Shown: in pieces, positions 17,509-27,043 of the stretch
How the letters are laid out: the number at the start of each line of letters is the position of its first letter
Numbering within the stretch: the first letter of the stretch is position 1
From: a virus
Virus record (IMG/VR): IMGVR_UViG_3300014913_000009
Location: 1 to 64,000 of that record
DNA length: 64,000 nucleotides
Reading direction: 5' to 3' (one strand)
Translations under genes and position numbers: made by a program
Notes under the pieces: model-generated
Databases searched by the model: none
Told to the model about the DNA's origin: nothing
The model's input: the letters and a program-made list of their open reading frames with translations, nothing else

Positions 17509-18312
17509 TTACGCTCCATTCTCAACAAGCAGTTTGACGACTGCTAAATGTCCGTTCCTCCTCGCCCAACGCAACGAGGAACCGTGATTTTCATTCGTAT
17601 TAGCCCCTCCTTTTATTAGTAGTTTCGCAATTTCTGCGTATCCATTTCTCGCAGAAAGATACAATGCACGCCCTTTAAACGCGTTAACATCTGCACCGCT
17701 CTCAAGGAGCAGTTTTACAACTTCAGGGTAATTACCAATCACTGCCCAGCGCAGTGGATCTCCGTCTATAACATCCGCATCCACTCCCGCCTCAAGGAGC
17801 AACCTCACGATTGCAGTGTGTCCGTTTTCAGCGGACGAACACAATGCCCAATCATAATGGGCGTTTATACCCATCTCTATCAGCAATTTCACAATTGCAG
17901 TATGCCCGTATACAGCGGATAAATGTAATATGGAGTCTATATCCACCCCCATCCCTATCAGCAATTTCACAATTGCAGTATGCCCGTTTTTCGCCGACAA
18001 ATGCAACACATGATTATTGTGGGCGTGAACATTCGCGCCATTCTTGAGCAGCAGTTTTACAACCGCTATATTCCCGTGTTCCGCTGCATCTCGCAACGCC
18101 CAATCGTCTCTGACATGAACGTTTGCACCTGCATCAAGACAAGCCTGGGTTATATCGACCCGCCGTGCCATTAGCCAACCCAGCCATCCGTTATTGTCGA
18201 GTTTTTCGAGCAGTTCTGGTACGGTACACCCGTCCGGGAAATGCTTGTCGAACCAGTCAATGCCAGATTCACAGGCTTTGAGTTCTATTAATAAGTCAAT
18301 TGTGATTTTCAT
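17509..18312 (-). CDS. Ankyrin-repeat protein
   Basis: About six or seven canonical repeats (ALxxAAxxGHxxIVKLLLxxGA). Confidence 0.93.
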   Translation of the reverse strand: MKITIDLLIELKACESGIDWFDKHFPDGCTVPELLEKLDNNGWLGWLMARRVDITQACLDAGANVHVRDDWALRDAAEHGNIAVVKLLLKNGANVHAHNNHVLHLSAKNGHTAIVKLLIGMGVDIDSILHLSAVYGHTAIVKLLIEMGINAHYDWALCSSAENGHTAIVRLLLEAGVDADVIDGDPLRWAVIGNYPEVVKLLLESGADVNAFKGRALYLSARNGYAEIAKLLIKGGANTNENHGSSLRWARRNGHLAVVKLLVENGA

Positions 18313-18328
18313 ATTTTTTTTCTTTCTT

Positions 18329-18365
18329 CCATCAATTTTAAAACGGATTGATGGTTAACCGTTTT
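18329..18365 (-). promoter_or_regulatory. 5'-UTR H-type pseudoknot motif, copy D
   Basis: AAAACGG-UUAA-CCAUCAAU-CCGUUUU-AAA-AUUGAUGG; compensatory changes in both stems. Confidence 0.7.
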
Positions 18366-18411
18366 TCCTGTTTGGAAATAAAAAACCTTGACTACAATTG
18401 TAGTCAAGGTT

Positions 18412-18504
18412 AAATACAGACAAGAACAGTTCTTGTCTGTCATACTCTCTATTGGGGTGATTTCGTCCATACGGAGAAATCCCCACATGGTGTCTCTTTA
18501 CATC
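18412..18504. repeat. 93-bp perfect direct repeat, copy 2 (includes the 3' end of the single-chain RNAP gene)
   Basis: Identical to 17416-17508. Confidence 0.95.
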
Positions 18505-21500
18505 CCCACTTGGAGAGTATGTCGGCGACATTTCGTTCGCCAACATTATAATCCCGATTTCTATTCTCGGGATTATCCGTAACGAAGGAGCACCCTTTAT
18601 GGAGTGCATCCATCACTCTCTCCACGGGGAGTGGTGCCCTGTCTTTCCTCTTTCCGTTTACGGAAATAAACAGGACCTTATTCTCCTCCCCATTCCAGTT
18701 GGGGAGATTTTTGACATATCTGCCAGTACTCCCCTTGGAGTCTAGATTTGCCAAAAGGAGATCAGAACGATCCCATTTTGCCTTATCCTTTTCTCCATAT
18801 TTCCCCTGGAAGATTTCCTCCGCAGGGGATCCAAATTCAATCTCATTGGACATTGCATCCAATGAGATTTTGGGAGACCATTCAGGGTTACTCATACGAC
18901 CCCCAATGATCGCCCACACTCCCATCGGAACAATCTGTTCGACGAGAGACCATGGATGAACATTTTCACCCATAGCATAAGGCTTGCCGCTCTTATCGCG
19001 GTTTACCTTAAGAGTTCTATCTTCAAGATAGAACTTCTTAATCCTACCTTTCGTATTGCGCTCGGCGAGACTCATCGAGCGTAATATGCAGATTAGATAG
19101 AACTCAATTGAATGAGGCATATCAATCAAGTACTGTTTGATAGCCTCTATTTGCTGGCTATTATATTTAGAGTCACTTCTAAACATGCTAGCCCAAATAT
19201 CAAATAAGGACATTACCGACATTCCATAGCCGTCAATATCCTTCTCCGAATTCAAACGCCCCTGCATAAGGCGTTCACGTGCCTTACCTCGAACATTCTT
19301 GACGGCTGGGCGTTTAGACCACAACTCTATCAAGAGGCTCGAGACGGCATTATAAAGCCCCACATTATCCTCTGCTCCGAGGGTGGGACTTTTAATGACA
19401 GAGTACATCTGAGCGAGCCTTCCAAAATGAGGCTCCTGGATGTTGCTCCATTTATGACAATTCTCGACTACTTCCTTGTAGCCAAGAATTGTCGAGGTTT
19501 CACCAATCACCCGCTTCTCTGCGAGCGATTGGACTTCGGGGGACGCATCTTTCGATGGGCCCTTTATATATTTATAAAGGGAAGCATCTTCATGCATCCT
19601 CCAAATCGAGGGGCTTCTCTTGCCCCAATTGTCGGGAATTCTATTCCCGAAAGTTCGAGCCAGAATTTTGTCTGGCTCGACCTTGCAACCCAAGAACTGT
19701 TGACATTCGTCTCTAAACAGATCTGGGTTGATAATAACGCCATCCAACTTATGTTTCAATAAGTTGATAGCGACCTGAACCTTCATGGTCAATCCATAAA
19801 GGCTCGAGGCACATGATATGAGATCAAGTCCCATATCATGTGCCTTAGAAAATAGGGATGAGAGTATATTATCATATACTCCAATCCCATTAGTTTGGAC
19901 ATCCATGATCATGTCACGAACGCCCTTCCAACCCCAAGACTCACTCCGCTTGGTGGTCGGAGTGTCAAGCCCATCAGCATAAACATCTTTCGATGCTCTG
20001 ACGGACTTAACAATACTCAGATTCATTGCATGCAACTTAGACCAAGTCGCAGGCAACAAATCAACATGGGACACATTAACTGCATCTCCATCGAAATCTC
20101 CTCGACATAATATCGAGAAGATTTCCGGATTTACACTCATTGCGTTTGAGTGTGAACCCTTAACCTCCCTGGCTACGACGATAGATCCCGCCGTGACCAG
20201 TGGGGAACGTGTCATCATGACGTTCCCCTTGCGAGGTTTCATCCCACCAGGAATGGCAATAATCGTATTGCCACCCCGAAATGGGGGGATACATGGGTCG
20301 GGCATCACATAAGCATAAATGCCACGAACTCTTACATTCGCAGCCTTATGATGCAATGCCTTCCCCATTGCGCTCTCACCATATATGCCCGCGACATGAC
20401 ACTTCATGCCGGGAACATTCATAGCGAAAGCGCCTTTTGTATTGGCATCCACTCCGAATGCCTCATACATGAGCTGGTAATCAGCCCATTTGCCGCCAAT
20501 ATTGACGGCATGAACGCCCCGCGCCAATTTCTCGCACGTGACGTACGTTTTAGCCATCAAATCCTCGACCGAGGCATTATCCGGCATATTGCGGATGATT
20601 TGAGAACTCATTTTTACTGAGTTTCCAACATCCTTAATTTCAGAGATGCATGTAATTGCACCTCTTTTGGCACCACTACCAGTGGACTTTATATTCCACG
20701 GGCTAATAGTCCCAAACTCTGCCGACAATCCCAACCGGGACATCAGCAAAGAAATGAAAGTACTGGAACCACATAGCCCTTTGGCTATGTCAATTCCAGT
20801 TTCTCGAAGTTGTACGGCACGCAGCTGTACAACCTCATCTTTGGGCTCAACATTATATATGTTAAGCCCGTCGAAATATTTATCGCCAAATTCGACAAAC
20901 ACTTTTTCAGTGCTGTCGAACTGAGATAAATATTCTCCTATAGTAACAATGTCACTATAGGCTGGCATTGTCATCCAATCGGACGGCAATGCCTTCTTGA
21001 TGGAACGATTGGCACTATTGTACCATTTGTTCCATCTCCCTTCGGCAATTGTAGACACGATAATTTTTATCGCATCCTCCTTGCCGAAACGAGACAATGG
21101 AAACAAGTCCATTGTCTCGAATTTATAACTTGTCACCTCCCTGCAAGGTGACAACAGGAGCCGCGTATAAATCGCTTCATACACGGCCTTGAAACCCCCA
21201 GGTATGAGGGTTTTAAACTCACCCCGGTTTAGGAGGATGAATTGCTCACCCTTCATATCCGGGATTAATACCGCCACTTTACTGACGGTCCTGAATATGC
21301 TCCCAAGACGACTCTCGAGAGCATCGTCTACACGGGCCCTGACCCATGCAGACATCTTTGCAGGTTCGTCCTGGGGACACCTGTCCCACAGTTCGTCCCG
21401 GACAAGGGCTTTTACACCCTTTATGGAAATAGTAGCAAGTTCCTGACGCTTGCTACCAAGGATTGAAAGGATATGTTCTAAAACACGCCCTTTCACTTCA

Positions 21501-21583
21501 ATCGACCCCACACACGTGAGGTCGATTTTCAATCCCATCGACTTAAATAGAACCTCGAAGGTCCTATTTACTAAATTCTTCAT
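18449..21583 (-). CDS. Single-chain two-barrel RNA polymerase (YonO / cellular RdRP-like)
   Basis: FDG, QLR...AKG...NIK (first barrel), RSP...GDFDGD (R-to-D spacing 37) and IGVYDN, in RdRP/YonO motif order. Confidence 0.82.
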   Translation of the reverse strand: MKNLVNRTFEVLFKSMGLKIDLTCVGSIEVKGRVLEHILSILGSKRQELATISIKGVKALVRDELWDRCPQDEPAKMSAWVRARVDDALESRLGSIFRTVSKVAVLIPDMKGEQFILLNRGEFKTLIPGGFKAVYEAIYTRLLLSPCREVTSYKFETMDLFPLSRFGKEDAIKIIVSTIAEGRWNKWYNSANRSIKKALPSDWMTMPAYSDIVTIGEYLSQFDSTEKVFVEFGDKYFDGLNIYNVEPKDEVVQLRAVQLRETGIDIAKGLCGSSTFISLLMSRLGLSAEFGTISPWNIKSTGSGAKRGAITCISEIKDVGNSVKMSSQIIRNMPDNASVEDLMAKTYVTCEKLARGVHAVNIGGKWADYQLMYEAFGVDANTKGAFAMNVPGMKCHVAGIYGESAMGKALHHKAANVRVRGIYAYVMPDPCIPPFRGGNTIIAIPGGMKPRKGNVMMTRSPLVTAGSIVVAREVKGSHSNAMSVNPEIFSILCRGDFDGDAVNVSHVDLLPATWSKLHAMNLSIVKSVRASKDVYADGLDTPTTKRSESWGWKGVRDMIMDVQTNGIGVYDNILSSLFSKAHDMGLDLISCASSLYGLTMKVQVAINLLKHKLDGVIINPDLFRDECQQFLGCKVEPDKILARTFGNRIPDNWGKRSPSIWRMHEDASLYKYIKGPSKDASPEVQSLAEKRVIGETSTILGYKEVVENCHKWSNIQEPHFGRLAQMYSVIKSPTLGAEDNVGLYNAVSSLLIELWSKRPAVKNVRGKARERLMQGRLNSEKDIDGYGMSVMSLFDIWASMFRSDSKYNSQQIEAIKQYLIDMPHSIEFYLICILRSMSLAERNTKGRIKKFYLEDRTLKVNRDKSGKPYAMGENVHPWSLVEQIVPMGVWAIIGGRMSNPEWSPKISLDAMSNEIEFGSPAEEIFQGKYGEKDKAKWDRSDLLLANLDSKGSTGRYVKNLPNWNGEENKVLFISVNGKRKDRAPLPVERVMDALHKGCSFVTDNPENRNRDYNVGERNVADILSKWGCKETPCGDFSVWTKSPQ

Positions 21584-21695
21584 AATTTCTCCTTTCTTGA
21601 AAAAGATGGCTTATGAATAGCCAGAGGCCAACATAACCCCACACAATAGAAAGACGTTCTTTTCGCGTGGAAAAAAACATTCTTGCGTGGGGAAA

Positions 21696-21753
21696 AAACT
21701 GTTTCATCCCACCTACGGGAATCGTCAGGCACTAAAAGTAAGTGCTACAGTTT
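21696..21753 (-). ncRNA. Type III hammerhead ribozyme (HHR-3)
   Basis: AAACU-GUA cleavage triplet-GCACU(UACUUUU)AGUGC-CUGACGA-U-UCCC(GUAGGU)GGGA-U-GAAACAGUUU. Confidence 0.88.
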
Positions 21754-21818
21754 AGTTAGAGGGAAAGAAAAAATAGAGGAGAGTTTTTACACTCTCCTCT
21801 ATTTCCCATTCGCCTAAT

Positions 21819-22094
21819 TTATGATAAATCGTCTATGGATCCATCGGGGTTCACTCTGTGGCATTCTTCTCCACAGCTCAATATTAGGTGGAGGTTGGCT
21901 TTGTACAGCGATATACTCCAGTGGTAAGAATTATCGTTGGCATTAAGCCAACGATTACTGTAATCAATACCGTACCCGTCATCGCACCCCTCAAACATAT
22001 CTTGATCCGACAATTCAAAATTGTTTTTCAATGTATTCACCTGTGCTTCAGTTACTAATGAAAACAATTTTACTTCTTTCGTTGCATTTGTCAT
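21819..22094 (-). CDS. Hypothetical protein
   Basis: SD AGGAGG; followed by a hairpin at ~21770-21804. Confidence 0.7.
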   Translation of the reverse strand: MTNATKEVKLFSLVTEAQVNTLKNNFELSDQDMFEGCDDGYGIDYSNRWLNANDNSYHWSISLYKANLHLILSCGEECHRVNPDGSIDDLS

Positions 22095-22109
22095 GGATAT
22101 TTCCTCCTA

Positions 22110-22450
22110 TTAAAAAGCTGGTTCCCACCAGGCCTATTTGTTAATAGACTTGTATCTCATGGTTGGGATGGACACTCCCTTAAAATACCAGTAGATACCA
22201 TTGGGTGTAGTTACACTCATCACTCTATGCTCAGTTAACCCCATAGAGTAAGGTATTTAGTTTTTACAGCATTGCCCTTAGGTTACTGCACCAGGTCATT
22301 CTTGTAGGGCTATGTTTCCTGAGATTCGCCCGATCAACTATTTTAAGAGGATTGATCTTCCTCCGCAGGTAATTCTTTGTTTACAATAAGCCCCCACACC
22401 ACGTCAAGGTGATTACCAATCGTGGGAGTAGACCCCATAAGGGGTCCAAC
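22110..22450 (-). ncRNA. Candidate structured leader/ncRNA containing pseudoknot copy E (22332-22364)
   Basis: ORF-free with many hairpins; GGAGG-AA-GAUCAAU-CCUCU-UAAAAUA-GUUGAUC. Confidence 0.5.
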
Positions 22451-23664
22451 GCATAAATATTGCTATTATGCGAAATAGCCATATATCGAAGGCTTCTCAA
22501 CGCATAACTTCAGTTTCAGGTGTTATGTACCTAACCATTCCTTTTGATGACGCAGTCAGAATGATGAACCGCCATTCTGCGTCCACTACTTATAATGCGC
22601 CGTATAGAGGGGCGCAATACAAGGACTGGCAAATACAATTGCGAGTTGATGATATTGAAAGATGATGGTGCTATACAAATGCACAATCACCATCAACATC
22701 ATGTTTCCCTCAACCATACTGTCAAATCCATCTTATATCCCATTCATTTATATCCCAGTATGAGTACTGGCTATTAGTATGTCGCGCACTACCACGTGCC
22801 ACATACCTTCCTTGTTATTCTGCTTATCTACATATACTATATGTATTACACTAGGACACTATGCATTATCCATTCATATATCGTTACGCATATATAAGGA
22901 CTAGTCCTCCAATTGTGGGTTGATGGCATCGCAATATAATGTACTATACAAACGCACTATTACTACCAATCCCCATTCTACTAAGCCATATTTCCCCATT
23001 ATGTCGTCATCGTGCCACCATCTTGTCGCCATGGTATGCTCGTTGTCGCCATTAGAGGTCATGCTCTTCACTTTCAGGCTTATTGGAAAGCCTACATCTA
23101 ATTCTATCCAGATGTTGGATTCTTATATTCACATAGCTATAAGACGCTATATCTACTTCTACATGCTCGAGGCTACTAATAGATTAATATTTGGGCGAGT
23201 AGATTCGCACATATTATAGAGTCGTTTGTATTCTTTCATACTGTCTCTATCTATGATATGACTGCTTCAGCAGCTCCGTCGATTATTATGGCATTTATCG
23301 ACCTGCCTATTTTTAGGTGTTATAATCACCAGAATAAGACCCCACTGGCGTGAAACGAAGAAGTTTCTCATACCAAAAGGATATATTCCATATAGTTGCC
23401 CCCAAAGAAGAAACAACAAAGAAGATACAACAAAGAAGTCATTAAAAGTTAGATCCTCGAAAGAACATTTACATCTCCACTCTTCAAAAAAAAAAAAAAA
23501 TACAAGTCCTTACAAATCATTATATTTGTAACAATTTCGTAAATCTCAAATAAAAAATAACAATATTTGTTTCTTATATAGGGCTATTTTACACTAAAAG
23601 AAAAACCCCCTTGCATTACTACAAGAGGGTTTTGTTATAATTCTTTTAAAAAAATAATGGTTAA

Positions 23665-24285
23665 TTATCTCATTTTAGTTCCTTCATTCCATACTGTTTT
23701 TCTTAGTCTATTAAAATTCGGCTTATCTATTTTACCCTTTTCTTTTTCGATGTCGAGTTTCATACATCTTAAGTCGATTACATGTCTTTTGTCTGGACTT
23801 TGCCTCTTATAAATTAGCGCCGGAAATGATTTGGCGATATTGTTTGTGAATATGTATAAGAAATCACTCATCATATAATTTGCGCGGGTTTGACTGTGAC
23901 TTACTATTGATGCCGAAGCCGAATTATCTTTTTTCTGCTTGCTTTTTTGTAGACATCTTAAGATACCATTCTCCGTAATGCCACCCATAATATTGCCGAA
24001 TTTGTAGTGTCCTATTCTTATCTTGCGTGATTTGACATTATCAACAAATGCCCCCAATTGTAAATCGTAATCTGTAGGGAGTTTGAATATTATTTTATCG
24101 GCGAAGTCGTCAAGATAAAGACTGACTGGAATGTGATTGTAATCAGATTCTCCAGTAGCCATTACAGTTAATTCGTCATATTCAAATTCAGACAATTTCT
24201 TTTTTATATAACTTACTGCTTTTCCGAAGAGCAATTTTGATTCGACTGGAGATGACCCTGTTATAGTAATAGTTAACTTTTTCAT
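23665..24285 (-). CDS. Hypothetical protein, possibly degenerate SLOG/YspA-like
   Basis: Probable start MKKLTITITGS; terminator-like hairpin at ~23601-23633. Confidence 0.55.
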   Translation of the reverse strand: MKKLTITITGSSPVESKLLFGKAVSYIKKKLSEFEYDELTVMATGESDYNHIPVSLYLDDFADKIIFKLPTDYDLQLGAFVDNVKSRKIRIGHYKFGNIMGGITENGILRCLQKSKQKKDNSASASIVSHSQTRANYMMSDFLYIFTNNIAKSFPALIYKRQSPDKRHVIDLRCMKLDIEKEKGKIDKPNFNRLRKTVWNEGTKMR

Positions 24286-24312
24286 ACTTTTTCTTTCTTT
24301 TTTTAAATATAT

Positions 24313-24341
24313 TTGACAAAAAAACATAAAGATATGATAAT
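24313..24341 (+). promoter_or_regulatory. Sigma70-type promoter at the strand switch
   Basis: TTGACA-17 bp-GATAAT. Confidence 0.7.
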
Positions 24342-24388
24342 TACTATAAATGAAGTTATCATATTCTTCAATAGGGAAAAATAGAACT

Positions 24389-24586
24389 ATGAGTAAAAAT
24401 AAAAAACCATTGATTTGTACCACTTGTGGTAATGCTGATATTAGAAAGTATTTGGGGCATTGGAGATGTCTATCATGTCATAAGATATTCATTGACAATC
24501 CTGTGGATAGAGTTGAAACGATAGTTGAAGAAAAACAATATACATTAATTGCCGAAAACAAGGCCAATATGGGAGTATCGAAATGA
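24389..24586 (+). CDS. Small Zn-ribbon protein
   Basis: CTTC...CLSC. Confidence 0.6.
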   Translation: MSKNKKPLICTTCGNADIRKYLGHWRCLSCHKIFIDNPVDRVETIVEEKQYTLIAENKANMGVSK

Positions 24587-24777
24587 AAATGAAAGAACGA
24601 ATTGCCAATCTTGAAAAAGAGAATGCCAGTTTAATCGAGGAGAAAGAACGGTTATTGCGCATTATTGAAAATATGACTGCCAATCACGTCATATATGATG
24701 GCGGCGAAATGATATCAAATGATATTGCATCGGGTGAGGCAGACTGGTTGGTTAGAGATTCACATAGGCGTTCATAG
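24583..24777 (+). CDS. Small coiled-coil protein
   Basis: Heptad pattern; overlapping start. Confidence 0.55.
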   Translation: MKMKERIANLEKENASLIEEKERLLRIIENMTANHVIYDGGEMISNDIASGEADWLVRDSHRRS

Positions 24778-24787
24778 GATATTAAAT

Positions 24788-25435
24788 ATGCTTGAAAAAG
24801 AAATGTTTCCAATTGTAAAGAAGTGGCTATTATCCGGCGGATTCGAAGTGTATGCTGAGGTTCCGAGTCATGGTCGCGATATTGATGTTGTTGGAGACAG
24901 GAATGGATCCCAGCAGGTTTGCATAGAAATGAAACGATCATTTACAAAGAGTTTGAAGCAACAATTATCATATTGCAAGTTTCGTACACCTACTGTATAT
25001 AGTTGTACTTTAACAATGCCATCAAAAAGTAATCAAGAGTGGTGTAAAATAAGGGGTATTGGGATATTGGTCATAAAAGATTCTCGTGAAATTGAAGTGA
25101 TTCTAAGCCCCGTGGATAAACAGCCCGGAAAAAAATATAAATGGCTAAATCTCATGAATGCGCCGAAAGATAATATTGGTGGAGCTGCATCAGGTAAAGA
25201 CAAACATCCTGCAGTAGATACTTATAATAGAATTGTCGATTTCCTTAAGCAGAATCCCGGTGCAAGTTGGGACCTCGTATTTCAATATGTACCCAATCAT
25301 TATAAACATGCTCGAAGTATGATGCAAAGTATGAGACTGCATTGTAAGTGCTATGAATTGGAACCTCTTAAATGCACGGGAAGCGGAACTGGAACTGGCG
25401 GTCGTAAGCGTAAACCTCGATTCAAAAGGTTTTAA
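24788..25435 (+). CDS. PD-(D/E)xK nuclease-family protein
   Basis: YAEVP...DIDVV...CIEMK. Confidence 0.75.
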   Translation: MLEKEMFPIVKKWLLSGGFEVYAEVPSHGRDIDVVGDRNGSQQVCIEMKRSFTKSLKQQLSYCKFRTPTVYSCTLTMPSKSNQEWCKIRGIGILVIKDSREIEVILSPVDKQPGKKYKWLNLMNAPKDNIGGAASGKDKHPAVDTYNRIVDFLKQNPGASWDLVFQYVPNHYKHARSMMQSMRLHCKCYELEPLKCTGSGTGTGGRKRKPRFKRF

Positions 25436-25804
25436 ATGAAAAGACGACCGAGAGATGGATTCCCAACGACCGTTAAAATTATCAATGATATGTATCGTAT
25501 TATTTATTGGAACGAAGACCATGATTTGGAAGTGATAAAAGAAGAGGAAGGTATTGTTGGTGTTTGCGATTACAATAAGAGGGAAATACATATACTGGAT
25601 AAAGGACAGCACAGGTTGGAAATAGCCGATACGTTGATCCATGAGATTTTACATGCAATTGCAGAGGCATTCAGCATTAAAAGTATACATGAAAAAGAAG
25701 ATGAAGAAGATACTGTAGCATCTCTTGCAAAAGGACTTCTGAGCGTCCTGCATGACAATAAATTGGCATTTTGGCTCAGTAAAAAGGATCGGAGTAATTT
25801 ATGA
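25436..25804 (+). CDS. HExxH metallopeptidase-like phage protein
   Basis: DTLIHEILHAI...EE. Confidence 0.75.
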   Translation: MKRRPRDGFPTTVKIINDMYRIIYWNEDHDLEVIKEEEGIVGVCDYNKREIHILDKGQHRLEIADTLIHEILHAIAEAFSIKSIHEKEDEEDTVASLAKGLLSVLHDNKLAFWLSKKDRSNL

Positions 25805-26625
25805 GTAAAATCAGACAAGCACTTATTATTAGCGATATTCATGCGGGATGCCAAATGGCTTTGTGTCCTCCTAGTGGTATCCATCTGGATAATGGCGGTA
25901 TTTATATGCCGTCAGAGTTTCAGCGAGGGTTATGGAAGTTTTGGAACAAGTTTCACAAATGGGTTAAGAAAGTGATGGAGGGTAAGCCATATATTCTTGT
26001 TGTTAATGGAGATGCTCTAGATGGAGTTCATCATAATTCAACCCATCAGATTTCGCATGATTTAGATGATCAGCAGGACTTGGCGTATAAGATTCTTAAG
26101 CCGGTTGTTGATAGGGCGAGGAAATATTATCACATTCGAGGTACGTCAGCACATGTTGGGGAGGCGGGTGTTTATGAAGAGATGTTGGCTAGACGATTGG
26201 GTGCAATTCCGAATGATTTACATCAATATGCTAGACATGATTTGTGGCTTGAGATTGGTGATTCATTAGCACATATTATGCATACAATAGGAACTACTGG
26301 GAGTGTGGCATACGAAAGCACTGCGGTGCATAAAGAGCTTGTAGAAGCACTTAATGAATCGGCACGCTATAATGAAAGACCGCCCGATGCTATCGTCAGA
26401 AGCCATCGTCATCGTTACTTTGAGACTAAGTGGGCATCAGCACAAGGTCGGCAATTTTCAGTAGTTACTGCCGGGTGGCAGGGAAAAACGCCTTTCGTAT
26501 ATAAGATTGCAGGAGGAAGGAATTCTAGGCCGCAATTTGGTGGAATTATATTGAAATGGAATCCTGGCGAAGGATTATATTCAAGGGCACTTGTTGAAAC
26601 GATAGGAAGATCAAAAACAGAATAA
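25801..26625 (+). CDS. Calcineurin-like metallophosphoesterase
   Basis: SDIHAG, NGDALDG, GTSAH and SHRH motifs. Confidence 0.85.
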   Translation: MSKIRQALIISDIHAGCQMALCPPSGIHLDNGGIYMPSEFQRGLWKFWNKFHKWVKKVMEGKPYILVVNGDALDGVHHNSTHQISHDLDDQQDLAYKILKPVVDRARKYYHIRGTSAHVGEAGVYEEMLARRLGAIPNDLHQYARHDLWLEIGDSLAHIMHTIGTTGSVAYESTAVHKELVEALNESARYNERPPDAIVRSHRHRYFETKWASAQGRQFSVVTAGWQGKTPFVYKIAGGRNSRPQFGGIILKWNPGEGLYSRALVETIGRSKTE

Positions 26626-26660
26626 CATTTTATTAATCATGAAAAATAGGAGTATTAACT

Positions 26661-26960
26661 ATGAAAAAGAAAACAAGGAAATCAAGCGTAAAAAAAAGTG
26701 CTACTTTGACAAAAAAGAAAAAAGGTAGTATGATAGATATGGATATATGGTTGGAGGCACTAAATGGCAACCATAAGGTTGAACATAGTGATGATTTTAG
26801 ATCCTCTTCAGAATATGCCGAATTATGGGGTTGTGGCGAAGCGCGTGCAAGAAAAAGATTGATCGTTTTCAAGAAGGCCGACAGACTTAAAATGTCATTC
26901 AGGCCATCAGTATCATTATCAGGCAAGAGAACCCAAACCCCAATTTACAAAATAGTATAA
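26661..26960 (+). CDS. Basic hypothetical protein (winged-HTH-like)
   Basis: SD AGGAG; Lys-rich N-terminus. Confidence 0.6.
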   Translation: MKKKTRKSSVKKSATLTKKKKGSMIDMDIWLEALNGNHKVEHSDDFRSSSEYAELWGCGEARARKRLIVFKKADRLKMSFRPSVSLSGKRTQTPIYKIV

Positions 26961-26969
26961 TTTTTAGGT

Positions 26970-27043
26970 TGCAAGATAGAGTAGAGGTCACTCGACGGTC
27001 TCATAAGCCGTATACCCTGGTTCGATTCCAGGTCTTGCAACCA
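26970..27043 (+). tRNA. tRNA-Met(CAT), initiator-like
   Basis: Full cloverleaf: TGCAAGA/TCTTGCA acceptor, CTCATAA anticodon loop, TTCGATT T-loop, encoded CCA. Confidence 0.93.

Noticed and set aside
12261-18504. CRISPR array suggested by the repeats and the Csx16-like gene
   Set aside because: No regularly spaced repeat-spacer units and no cas genes
22468-23219. Short plus-strand ORFs
   Set aside because: No SD, atypical composition; probably spurious
23486-23500. A15 homopolymer
   Set aside because: No functional context; length may be a sequencing artefact
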